Assembly (NCBI GenBank): GCA_030750665.1
Contig: JASMHR010000001.1
Span: forward strand, 1-60,920
Source: Candidatus Poseidoniaceae archaeon
GTDB taxonomy: Archaea; Thermoplasmatota; Poseidoniia; Poseidoniales; Poseidoniaceae
DNA length: 60,920 nucleotides
Direction: 5' to 3'
The translations under genes were made by a program, and so were the position numbers. This document shows, piece after piece, positions 41,750 through 50,454 of this stretch (positions are counted from its first letter, which is position 1; each line of letters starts with the position of its first letter). The notes under the pieces were generated by a model. It ran no database searches, was not told where the DNA came from, and saw only the letters and a list, made by a program, of their open reading frames with translations.

Positions 41750-43627
41750 TCACACTCCTGACATTGTCAGATTGCTAGGATCGACGGGGCCTGGAACGCG
41801 GAACCATTGGACATCACCAATTGGGCGGTCGATCAGTGGCAGACCAAGAACCGAAGATGAATCGGTATCAACATTCATTCCTACCGAAGCACAATCTGGT
41901 GATGGCAGATAATCCGCTCCAGTTTCTGTCAATTCCACCAGCAGTGTATGCCCAGACGGGATGACTACATCCATCGGGTTGAATTCCATCTCCATCTTGT
42001 ATGAGATAAATGGAATTGTAACCTTGGCATCATATCCTCCGTCTCGATAGCGTAGATCCATCACAGCGTGTCCCAATCTGAGTCCAGTTGTTCCATCTTT
42101 CATAGTCGCGAATATCTGCCCTCCTTTGCACAATGCCTGAACGCTTAGATGCATAGTCGGGAGGCCAGAAATATGGATGTCTTCTGTAAATGGTTCACTT
42201 TCCAGAGTCACACTGCTGGTAGATGAGACGCGTTGTCCACTCGATTGAAATTCATCCAACCCCAACAATTGCCACTCTACATCCTCTGGTGGCCAAGTCT
42301 CCTCAAGATGCCATTTTCCATCGTTTCTTTGGATCTGCACCAGACTGGCGGGTTCGGGACCAATCCCTTTGAGGAAATGCTCGAACCAACCGAATAACTC
42401 GACGGCCCAATCCATCCTTGTCATGTTGGGGAATGCCTCAGCCCCGTAACCGCTACCAAGATTACTGTGGGTCTGAATCTGATCGGGATAGTTGTGTGCC
42501 CACTGTCCAAAGATTCCTCTGACGGTCATTCCTCTATCCCTGAGCAATTCATAGGTGGGTGAGAAATGATATGGGTCCACATTCCAGTCTTGCATACCCC
42601 AAACGATGTAGACGCTGCCTCGATGATTAGCCAATACATCGGGAAGATGGTATCTCTCTTCCCAATAGTCATTCCATTGGCTGCCACCGAGTTCTGCTGC
42701 AGTGTACGTGGTCCATGGACTGGCTGGCCCGATGAGATCATCGCTGCACATTCTCATGTCGCTGAAGTCTCCATCGACCGTTGCTCCTTCGTAGAGGACG
42801 TCGTAGAGCAATGCCCTGGATTCACTTGAGCCGTTTCGATAGAACATCTGTTGCACTCCGATACTGCCGCTGATAGGGACTATTGTCTTGAGATATGGAT
42901 TGTCAAATTGTGCTGCTTCCCAATTCGTGGTCCCAGCATATGATTTCCCCATCAGTCCAACGTTTCCATTGGACCACTCTTGTTCTCCCAACCAGCGTAC
43001 TGCAGCGTCGATACCAATCTGTTCACCACGTCCTTTGACATCTTGGCAATGAGTCGATTTGCCGGTTCCGAAGGTCGAGACCTGAGCAAGAGCGTAGCCA
43101 TGAGGCACGAATTCTTCGTAGATCCATTTGCCGACTCCCATGTCTGGGACGGTGTTCGGAGTAGATTTATCGCCAGGGGCGCCGAAGTCGTAGTATGGAT
43201 GTACGGTTGCAATGACAGGCACCTTGACACCATCTGGTACATCAGGCATCCACAAGGAAAGATGCATTTGTGGCTGTTCAGGGAAACCAGCATCCCTTTC
43301 TTCCAATGGGAGTTCAACATCGACAAAGTGCTCGGTCAGTGGTAGAATCTCAAATGTTCCATCTTCAGGAAGTTGACTTCGCCATGAGGTGAGATTCAAA
43401 TCAAGTTTCCAACGATCTTGAATTGGAACTTCCCACCAATTCAAATCTGCTGAGCTGAAATCCGCAGGTTCCAATCCTCCTCCAAACCCTGCTGAAAGCA
43501 TGATGAACACAAGGACCATTGCTCCTGTCGCACCAAGTGCCATATCGAGGTCTCTACGAGGTGATGAATCTGCCACTTCGGTGGCCGTGAATTCGACCAA
43601 TTCAGCGATGAGCGGCTCTGACATCAC
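41750..43627 (-). CDS. CocE/NonD-family hydrolase / X-Pro dipeptidyl-peptidase (S15), membrane-anchored or secreted
   Basis: N-terminal TM helix GATGAMVLVFIMLSAGFGG. Nucleophile elbow GLMGKSYAGTT (GxSYxG). Alpha/beta-hydrolase core plus a C-terminal beta-sandwich; length 625 aa. Confidence 0.82.
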   Translation of the reverse strand: MMSEPLIAELVEFTATEVADSSPRRDLDMALGATGAMVLVFIMLSAGFGGGLEPADFSSADLNWWEVPIQDRWKLDLNLTSWRSQLPEDGTFEILPLTEHFVDVELPLEERDAGFPEQPQMHLSLWMPDVPDGVKVPVIATVHPYYDFGAPGDKSTPNTVPDMGVGKWIYEEFVPHGYALAQVSTFGTGKSTHCQDVKGRGEQIGIDAAVRWLGEQEWSNGNVGLMGKSYAGTTNWEAAQFDNPYLKTIVPISGSIGVQQMFYRNGSSESRALLYDVLYEGATVDGDFSDMRMCSDDLIGPASPWTTYTAAELGGSQWNDYWEERYHLPDVLANHRGSVYIVWGMQDWNVDPYHFSPTYELLRDRGMTVRGIFGQWAHNYPDQIQTHSNLGSGYGAEAFPNMTRMDWAVELFGWFEHFLKGIGPEPASLVQIQRNDGKWHLEETWPPEDVEWQLLGLDEFQSSGQRVSSTSSVTLESEPFTEDIHISGLPTMHLSVQALCKGGQIFATMKDGTTGLRLGHAVMDLRYRDGGYDAKVTIPFISYKMEMEFNPMDVVIPSGHTLLVELTETGADYLPSPDCASVGMNVDTDSSSVLGLPLIDRPIGDVQWFRVPGPVDPSNLTMSGV

Positions 43628-43776
43628 TCTCGCATCACCACGTCAGCCTTCAGGCTGACGATTGCCCGCGCCTACGTGTGAAGGCACTAGAATCACAAAC
43701 AGGGGGCAGAATTCCGTTGATGTTCAGCCATTGTTCGGAACTCTCTGAAGGCTGCACGTTGAAGAGATTCTGCTTT

Positions 43777-44238
43777 TCAATCAGTGTTCAATGCTGATTT
43801 GAATTTCGGCATCATCATCAATCCATGGCCAAATATCAGGAATGCAATCATGACATGTACCATTCCAAGCCAGTGTGGACCAGAAAAAGCATGAGCAAGG
43901 CCAATCTGTATCACCCAAGCAGTGGCGTAACCGAATGACATCCCCTTGAGTTTGCTGTCATCTACTTTGGAAAGGATGAACAATACGGTTGCTGCAAGAG
44001 CCAATAATAAGCCGATTTCCCCGGAGCGTTTGTGTGAAGTGCCAAGGTTCCAGCCATCCAATGTATAACCTAGTTGACCGATTCCAGACATGCCTTGCCA
44101 TATGATGACTGCTAGTGATGCACCTGTCAGAATCATGGCCCATTTCAGCATTTCAGGTTTTGTTGTCTCAATTTCTTCATTCATTGGTCGCAGGCCATCG
44201 CTTTTACTTCTTGAAGTGTGCGGACATCGAATTTTCAA
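43777..44238 (-). CDS. Hypothetical 4-TM membrane protein (His-rich helices)
   Basis: Four hydrophobic helices, with conserved-looking His residues in HAFSGPHWLGMVHVMIAFLIFGH. An alternative start is the MNEEIETT Met at 44184. Confidence 0.5.
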   Translation of the reverse strand: MKIRCPHTSRSKSDGLRPMNEEIETTKPEMLKWAMILTGASLAVIIWQGMSGIGQLGYTLDGWNLGTSHKRSGEIGLLLALAATVLFILSKVDDSKLKGMSFGYATAWVIQIGLAHAFSGPHWLGMVHVMIAFLIFGHGLMMMPKFKSALNTD

Positions 44239-44290
44239 CGAGTAGTTTTCATTGGGTGAAATTGATGTTCAACAGCCGTCTCACAGATTC

Positions 44291-45340
44291 ATGAGGGGCG
44301 CCAGACTCGTTGCCGGCCTCCTACTCCTCGCAGTATTCGCTCCTTCTTCAGGAGGCACTTACTCAACTTTGGAAGCATCTGGAGATGATGGTGATTGGAG
44401 AAATCGCACTGTCGATCCGAACAATTGGACCGACGGTCCAGTTCTAGAGGGCAGTCCAATGGATGAACCACATCCGGGTGACCCAGTAATCATGATGGCA
44501 GTCAATTACCAACCAGGTCATCTGCAGTCAAGGATTGAGGGCGAGATAGTCATTGAATTATTTGAGGAGTGGGCACCGATAACCGTTGCCAACATGGTCG
44601 AACACATCGAGATGGATCTATACGATGGCATCTTTTTCCATAGGGTGATTGATGACTTTGTCACTCAGGGAGGAGATCCGACATGCAAGTCTGCTGGAGT
44701 TTATCCTGGAACCAGTCCTTCCTGTGGGAGTGGTGGAACTGGTGAAACCATACCTCTGGAACATAATGAAAATCTATCACATGTCGACGGAGCGATTGGA
44801 ATGGCAAGGAGTCAGGAGGAGGATTCTGCTGATTCACAATGGTATATTGCTGAAACAGAGGCTCATAATCTGGACCCTGAGAATCGAGATGATGGAGGAT
44901 ATGCGACCTTTGGTGTAGTCAGGGATGGAATGTCACATGTTCGAGCGATTGCATTGACTCCGACATCAGATGACCCAACTGGACTGGAGAGCCTACAGAA
45001 TCCTGCCTCATCTGCTGGTCGGCCAGTATATGAGGCTAGAATTGACGAGATTTCCTTGTTGGGAGTCGTTCTTGATGAGAATGCCAGTAATGAAGAGCAG
45101 CCAGAAGGGCCGACAACACAGAGTGGTGAGAATGAGGGCATCAATGGACTCTCAGTGTTCGTAGCGATAGGAATACTAGGGGTATTAACAGCAATCGCTA
45201 TGCGCGCTTCACGAATCATTGAACCTGTTGAATTACATCCATCTAATGGTATGATGTCGGAAGAGTTGGCCGCTGAATTGGTCGAAGCCTCTCCTCCTGA
45301 AGTAGTAGAGCCATCATCTCGTCGAGAAGCGCAGGATTGA
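44291..45340 (+). CDS. Secreted cyclophilin-type peptidyl-prolyl cis-trans isomerase with a C-terminal TM anchor
   Basis: Signal peptide MRGARLVAGLLLLAVFAPSSGG. Cyclophilin core FHRVIDDFVTQGGDP ... GAIGMAR ... SQWYI. TM helix LSVFVAIGILGVLTAIAM. Its stop overlaps the next gene's start (ATGA, 45337-45340). Confidence 0.88.
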   Translation: MRGARLVAGLLLLAVFAPSSGGTYSTLEASGDDGDWRNRTVDPNNWTDGPVLEGSPMDEPHPGDPVIMMAVNYQPGHLQSRIEGEIVIELFEEWAPITVANMVEHIEMDLYDGIFFHRVIDDFVTQGGDPTCKSAGVYPGTSPSCGSGGTGETIPLEHNENLSHVDGAIGMARSQEEDSADSQWYIAETEAHNLDPENRDDGGYATFGVVRDGMSHVRAIALTPTSDDPTGLESLQNPASSAGRPVYEARIDEISLLGVVLDENASNEEQPEGPTTQSGENEGINGLSVFVAIGILGVLTAIAMRASRIIEPVELHPSNGMMSEELAAELVEASPPEVVEPSSRREAQD

Positions 45341-48300
45341 ATGTCAGGCATCATCTCCGCTGCTCTGTGGAGAACAAGGGTACAGTCACAGCGGCCATCG
45401 TTCTCGTGGGTTTGCTGACTGCAAGTGGAGCGGTCATCTATACCCAGAACCTGAAGGAACCCGAAGTGGTGCTTATCTGTGGAGAGGATGAAATCAAGGT
45501 TGATGGTGAGTGCATCATCGACGAGGTGGATATTATTCCAATAGATGTTGAGTGCTCATCTCTTGAGGTAGAGGTAGAGGAGGGATGCAGACCCTTGACA
45601 CCTCCAACACAATTGGATTTCGGGGTTGAAGAGTTCAAGTTTCATATCGGCGATTCCATCCACTTGATTCCATCATTTTCGGGAGATGGACCTGACCATT
45701 GGGCGGTTAATCCTCCCTTACCCAATGGTCTCAACATCAACAGTGACAGTGGTGAGATCAGCGGAGTGGTTCTTGAGATACAGTACTCAGCCACATATAC
45801 CATCATTGCTTCAAATGATGCTGGTATCGCTACCTTCAACTTGAGTATCATTGTAGTTGACATGCCCCCTGGCTCGTTGTCGTATTCTTCGATTCTACAT
45901 GTTTTTACAGTCGGCGTTGAAATCAATCCCTTGATTCCATCTCTGATAGGAGGGGGTGAAGTCACCGACTGGGAAGTATCTCCACCGTTACCATCTGGTC
46001 TCTCGATAGATTCAATCGGTTGGGTGGAAGGTATGCCTCAGGTTGTCTCCCCTTGTGGAAACCACAGTATCAATGCAAGCAACGAAGCCGGTTCCAGTAC
46101 ATTCAATATCAGTATCTGCATTCATGACCAAGCCCCATTCGGGATGTTCTATCCTGCCGCTCCTCATACTTTCACCGTCAACACCAGTATAGGTCCTATC
46201 GTACCATGGATTGAGGGAGGAGCAGTTGCAGAATGGGAGGTCGAACCGTCTCTTCCAGAAGGTTTGACTTTCGACACCTCTAATGGTTGGATATCAGGAA
46301 TCTCCACAACTTTGGTTTCAAGCAGCATCCATACCATATGGGCCAACAATACGGGTGGTTCGATATCAACATCGGTTGAAGTATCCATCATCGATGAGCC
46401 AGTCCGAAATTTGTCATATGGTGTCTCGGAGGTTGATCTGGCTTGGCAAAGAAGTTCTGTAGATTTGAGCCCATCATGGGATGGTGGGGCTCCAGTGGAA
46501 TGGAGTATCAGTCCAGAGTTACCATCTGGTCTATTGTTTGAGGAAGGAAGGCTGCATGGTGATGCTGATACCCTGCATGAGTGGACGAATCATACCATAT
46601 GGGCCAATAATTCCGGAGGTTCCATTTCGCTGCTGCTTCGATTGAGAATTGCTGATATGACGCCAGCGAACATCTCTTGGGAGAATGGAACGATGTTCGC
46701 TGTTGAATCCAATAATAGCGCATTCATCCGCGCCTTCAATGAGGGTCCAGAAATTGCTACTTGGGAAGTAGAACCACCCTTGCCAATAGGTTTGGCATTG
46801 CAATCCAATGGTAGTATCGAAGGTTTGCCCAATGAGCGAACCAATTGGCGCACATACCATATCTGGGCGAATAACTCAGGTGGTTCTTTTGAATCGAATC
46901 TATCCATTGCAGTGCATGATCTAGATGCGGATTGGCGTGATATTTCAGCAGGTGTTGGGATTCTAGATTATGGCTCATCATGGCCATCTCTGATACTTCC
47001 ATTGGGAGAATGGTCATTTCCGGTAGCCATCGATTGGAATGACCGACCAATAGTCTCAGCCTCGCATTCGGGCAAAGGGCGCATCATTGGATATGGCCAT
47101 GAGGGGATGGTTGCACAGCAAAGTGGAGGAAATGAGACCACCTTGTCATTAAATGCAATTGAATGGGCATGTGGGGGCACCAACAAGGTAGTTGGCCTGC
47201 AGGTTGATTACGACCATTTCGAAGATGAATTGAGTGCTGAAGGATATGTTGTATACAGTAATGCATGGCCCTCGGACCTTTCTTCTTTCGATTGTTTCAT
47301 CGGTGATTTCTGGAATAGTTACTCCGATGCAGAGAATATTGCTCTTGAGATTTTCATCTCTGAAGGTGGAGGAGTGGTGCTCGGTGGTCACTCTTGGTAT
47401 TGGTCGTATTCCAATAGCGACGTTGCTCATCAGTACCCTGGTAACAAGATAGTCAGAACAACAGGTTTGTTCGTATCATCATCATCTGGTTCAGTTTCTC
47501 TTGATCTAAGGGGGGACCCACCTTCGGAATATCACCGAACTCAAAATGCCCTAGAAGCAGTGGAGAAATATTTCGTGGATGGTGAGTTGATGAGCAGTGG
47601 TGACAAGAGTATTGCAGGCGCAACTCTGGAGCGAGTCATCTCGCAGATTCCATTGGATTTTGATTTTGTTTGGTCTCCTGTCAGAGAAATGACCAATGGG
47701 ACCGGCTGGGTCCAGATATCATCTTCCAATACCTTTGATCTGGCTACTGGAGACCCGTTGGACAGATTGTTGCTCAAGATACAGGACCGTTTGCTGTACC
47801 TCCTGCCTCCAGCTGAATTGCCATATCATCCTAGTACCAAGGATTTCCCTGGTGATGTTCTGGTTAATGCTACCAGAGTCAATAGAACAATCGAGTTCAA
47901 TGGGACATTCGCTGGTCTTCCGAGTAATTTCGGGTATGCAGGGGCCCGTGCCGATGGCAGAATGGGAACTGGACTCTATGCGGCTGCTGGTGAAGTTGTG
48001 AATGTCACTTTCCCGGCCAGTATCATTGGAACGGGAGTGAATGTTCTTGTTGGTGCACATACAGATAGCCTGTGGGGCAAGGATACTCTCAGCAGGCATC
48101 CAATCATCTATCGTGTCTTTGGGGTTGACAATGTCACCATACAGGTGGGAAATGCCTTTGGAGGAGCCATATTCATCCGCATTCCGGCTGGAAAGACACT
48201 GGAAATGTTCAATGTAAGTATTGAGAATGCGGTTCTTGCGCCATACTGGATACAAGGTGAGACTGACCTTGTTCTCTGGAACAGCACCATCAGACATCAT

Positions 48301-49374
48301 CCGGCGCCATGGGCAGAGATTGAATCAGACAATTTCATTCTCAGTGTTCCCGCTGCTGACATACGTTCTTTGGATACCCCGAATGCAACCATGGATTTCT
48401 GGGACCAGGCTCTCTCGATGGAACACAACCTGTCGGGCTATACTCCTTGGCCGCGAGTTGAAAGGGCAGTTTTTGATGTGCAGATCAGCGCTGGTTGGAT
48501 GCACAGTGGCTATCCGTTCATGGCCCATACCGCTTCTTCAGCAGGGGTGCTGAATTCGACACAAATGTGGAGTCAAGGCGATTGGGGAATGTTCCATGAA
48601 CTTGGGCATAACCATCAGTGGATGCCATCCACTCTTCCCGGAAATACTGAGACAACCTGTAATCTCTATTCAGTGAAATTGATGACTGAATTGGTTGGAG
48701 TTGATCTGGGAGCAGGTCATGCGGCTATGAATACCCAGAGTAGGGAGACTCGGACCGAGAGTTATTTCCAGAGTGGTAGTCAGATATCATCTTGGAGTGT
48801 ATGGACTGCTTTGGAGACTCACATCCAGATCCAGGAAGCATTTGGATGGGGTCCGATAACCGAGGCACTGAGTGCATATTACACGATGAGCGACCCTCCT
48901 AGTGGAGATAGCGAAGAATTCAATCGTTGGGTAGTTGAATTATCATTGACCACCGGCTATAATCTTGCACCATATCATGAAGCATGGGGATTCCCATTGA
49001 CACAGGTGACCAGGGATTCATTGACTCACTTGCCAGTATGGGTAGACGATCCGCTTCGAGGTTGGGTCTACGAGTATGATGCAATATTCCGCAACGAGTC
49101 TTCGAACAATATCTCCAGCAACAGTGCTGATATCGAATGGGATACATATGACAATGGCACCAATACCAATCTGAGTGTGTGTTGGGGTCTTTTCGATGGC
49201 GGGACCAGTAGAGCCGCATGGACCACCTGTGCTGATGCAGGTTCTTCTTCAGTAGGGCATCAGAGTCATTCCTTGAGCGGATTATTGACTTCCACGACCT
49301 ATTATTTCCGAGTCGTAGGCGATAACAACAATGGCGATACTTGGTCCGATGTAGCCAGTTTCACAACTTTGTGA
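45337..49374 (+). CDS. Giant surface metalloprotease: N-terminal anchor, ~5 'putative Ig' (He_PIG-like) repeats, M60-like/enhancin-type zinc peptidase domain, C-terminal fibronectin-III-like domain
   Basis: Anchor helix VTAAIVLVGLLTASGAVIY. Repeats PPLPNGLNINSDSGEISG, PPLPSGLSIDSIGWVEG, PSLPEGLTFDTSNGWISG, PELPSGLLFEEGRLHG, PPLPIGLALQSNGSIEG. Zinc site FHELGHNHQ (HEXXH at 48595-48609). C-terminal ...YYFRVVGDNNNGDTWSDV. Confidence 0.82.
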   Translation: MNVRHHLRCSVENKGTVTAAIVLVGLLTASGAVIYTQNLKEPEVVLICGEDEIKVDGECIIDEVDIIPIDVECSSLEVEVEEGCRPLTPPTQLDFGVEEFKFHIGDSIHLIPSFSGDGPDHWAVNPPLPNGLNINSDSGEISGVVLEIQYSATYTIIASNDAGIATFNLSIIVVDMPPGSLSYSSILHVFTVGVEINPLIPSLIGGGEVTDWEVSPPLPSGLSIDSIGWVEGMPQVVSPCGNHSINASNEAGSSTFNISICIHDQAPFGMFYPAAPHTFTVNTSIGPIVPWIEGGAVAEWEVEPSLPEGLTFDTSNGWISGISTTLVSSSIHTIWANNTGGSISTSVEVSIIDEPVRNLSYGVSEVDLAWQRSSVDLSPSWDGGAPVEWSISPELPSGLLFEEGRLHGDADTLHEWTNHTIWANNSGGSISLLLRLRIADMTPANISWENGTMFAVESNNSAFIRAFNEGPEIATWEVEPPLPIGLALQSNGSIEGLPNERTNWRTYHIWANNSGGSFESNLSIAVHDLDADWRDISAGVGILDYGSSWPSLILPLGEWSFPVAIDWNDRPIVSASHSGKGRIIGYGHEGMVAQQSGGNETTLSLNAIEWACGGTNKVVGLQVDYDHFEDELSAEGYVVYSNAWPSDLSSFDCFIGDFWNSYSDAENIALEIFISEGGGVVLGGHSWYWSYSNSDVAHQYPGNKIVRTTGLFVSSSSGSVSLDLRGDPPSEYHRTQNALEAVEKYFVDGELMSSGDKSIAGATLERVISQIPLDFDFVWSPVREMTNGTGWVQISSSNTFDLATGDPLDRLLLKIQDRLLYLLPPAELPYHPSTKDFPGDVLVNATRVNRTIEFNGTFAGLPSNFGYAGARADGRMGTGLYAAAGEVVNVTFPASIIGTGVNVLVGAHTDSLWGKDTLSRHPIIYRVFGVDNVTIQVGNAFGGAIFIRIPAGKTLEMFNVSIENAVLAPYWIQGETDLVLWNSTIRHHPAPWAEIESDNFILSVPAADIRSLDTPNATMDFWDQALSMEHNLSGYTPWPRVERAVFDVQISAGWMHSGYPFMAHTASSAGVLNSTQMWSQGDWGMFHELGHNHQWMPSTLPGNTETTCNLYSVKLMTELVGVDLGAGHAAMNTQSRETRTESYFQSGSQISSWSVWTALETHIQIQEAFGWGPITEALSAYYTMSDPPSGDSEEFNRWVVELSLTTGYNLAPYHEAWGFPLTQVTRDSLTHLPVWVDDPLRGWVYEYDAIFRNESSNNISSNSADIEWDTYDNGTNTNLSVCWGLFDGGTSRAAWTTCADAGSSSVGHQSHSLSGLLTSTTYYFRVVGDNNNGDTWSDVASFTTL

Positions 49375-50386
49375 CCTTCAGGTCAAGTACCACATGTCTG
49401 ATGTGAGGGGAGTAAGATTTCACATCCTCTAGATGGAGAACTTCGACTTTACAACCCAGTGTTTCGAACTCTTCAACGGTTGTAGAGACAAATGTTCCAT
49501 CTTCAAGAGATTCTTCTGTTGCATTCATGTGCACATGGATAACTCCGCCCTCAATTTTCAGGCATTCCACGGCCAGAGGCCACGCCTCCTTTGAGGAGGG
49601 TAGAAGACCCAGCAGAACACGGTCAGCCACACCTTTCAATAGCGGGGCAGTATCTTGATTATCTCCTCGTAGAATACGACAGCGTTCGGCAACCTTGTTG
49701 GCTGATAATCCCTTTGTCAGTCCTTCAATACTGTCTGGATTCATCTCGCATGCATGAACATATGATACTCCAGCATTGACCAGTAGAGGGATGCTGTAGT
49801 AACCGATTCCAGCGAACATATCGACTACAATATCGCCAGCGGAATCGGTGTTGCCCATCCTTCTTCTTTCAGTGATGTTTCCGCTGCTGAACATGACTTT
49901 GGTCACATCGAAGAGGTAGCGTACACCATTCTCAAGATGATTCACCCATCCATAGTTACCTAGCAGCATCTCCACTTGGCTTCGACGTTTTGGCCCGGAT
50001 TCTATCTCTGCCTGACGAGCCACTCTTTGGCAGTGAAGTGCTTGTGCTACTGCAATCCAAGTCGATTCATCACCATCCAATAGTGCATCTTGAGGTAGGA
50101 GCACCAGATCATCGAGAATCTCCCAGCGGCGAGGAGTTTTCATGTTCGGTAGTGCCTGTTGAAGACGTGTATGAGGATCAATTGCCATTCGAGGCTGGAA
50201 TTCCATCTTCTCGATTCGGCCAATATCGCATTGAATGGCGTCAGTCAAGGGCCATGCAACTTCGCCATCGAGTGATAATGGATGGAAAGAAGTGTCCAAC
50301 AGCCCCCTTTCCAGTGCCCATGAACGTGCATCATCGGCTCTGTGTGTGGGAACGATCAAAGCCGGCCTCAAACCCATTTTCAGCAC
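49361..50386 (-). CDS. Met-10+ like class I methyltransferase/aminocarboxypropyltransferase (Taw2/TYW2 or Trm5 family)
   Basis: SAM-binding region IVVDMFAGIGYYSIPLLVNAGVSYVHACEMNPDSIEGL closely resembles the TYW2/Trm5 signature (DxFAGIGYF..P). I cannot distinguish Taw2 from Trm5 by eye. Confidence 0.75.
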   Translation of the reverse strand: MLKMGLRPALIVPTHRADDARSWALERGLLDTSFHPLSLDGEVAWPLTDAIQCDIGRIEKMEFQPRMAIDPHTRLQQALPNMKTPRRWEILDDLVLLPQDALLDGDESTWIAVAQALHCQRVARQAEIESGPKRRSQVEMLLGNYGWVNHLENGVRYLFDVTKVMFSSGNITERRRMGNTDSAGDIVVDMFAGIGYYSIPLLVNAGVSYVHACEMNPDSIEGLTKGLSANKVAERCRILRGDNQDTAPLLKGVADRVLLGLLPSSKEAWPLAVECLKIEGGVIHVHMNATEESLEDGTFVSTTVEEFETLGCKVEVLHLEDVKSYSPHIRHVVLDLKVTKL

Positions 50387-50454
50387 CTCCGGGCAGTACC
50401 CCCGTCGGATAGTCTGTTATATGGCAGGAGTGGGTCCTCCCCTTTGGGGAGACT

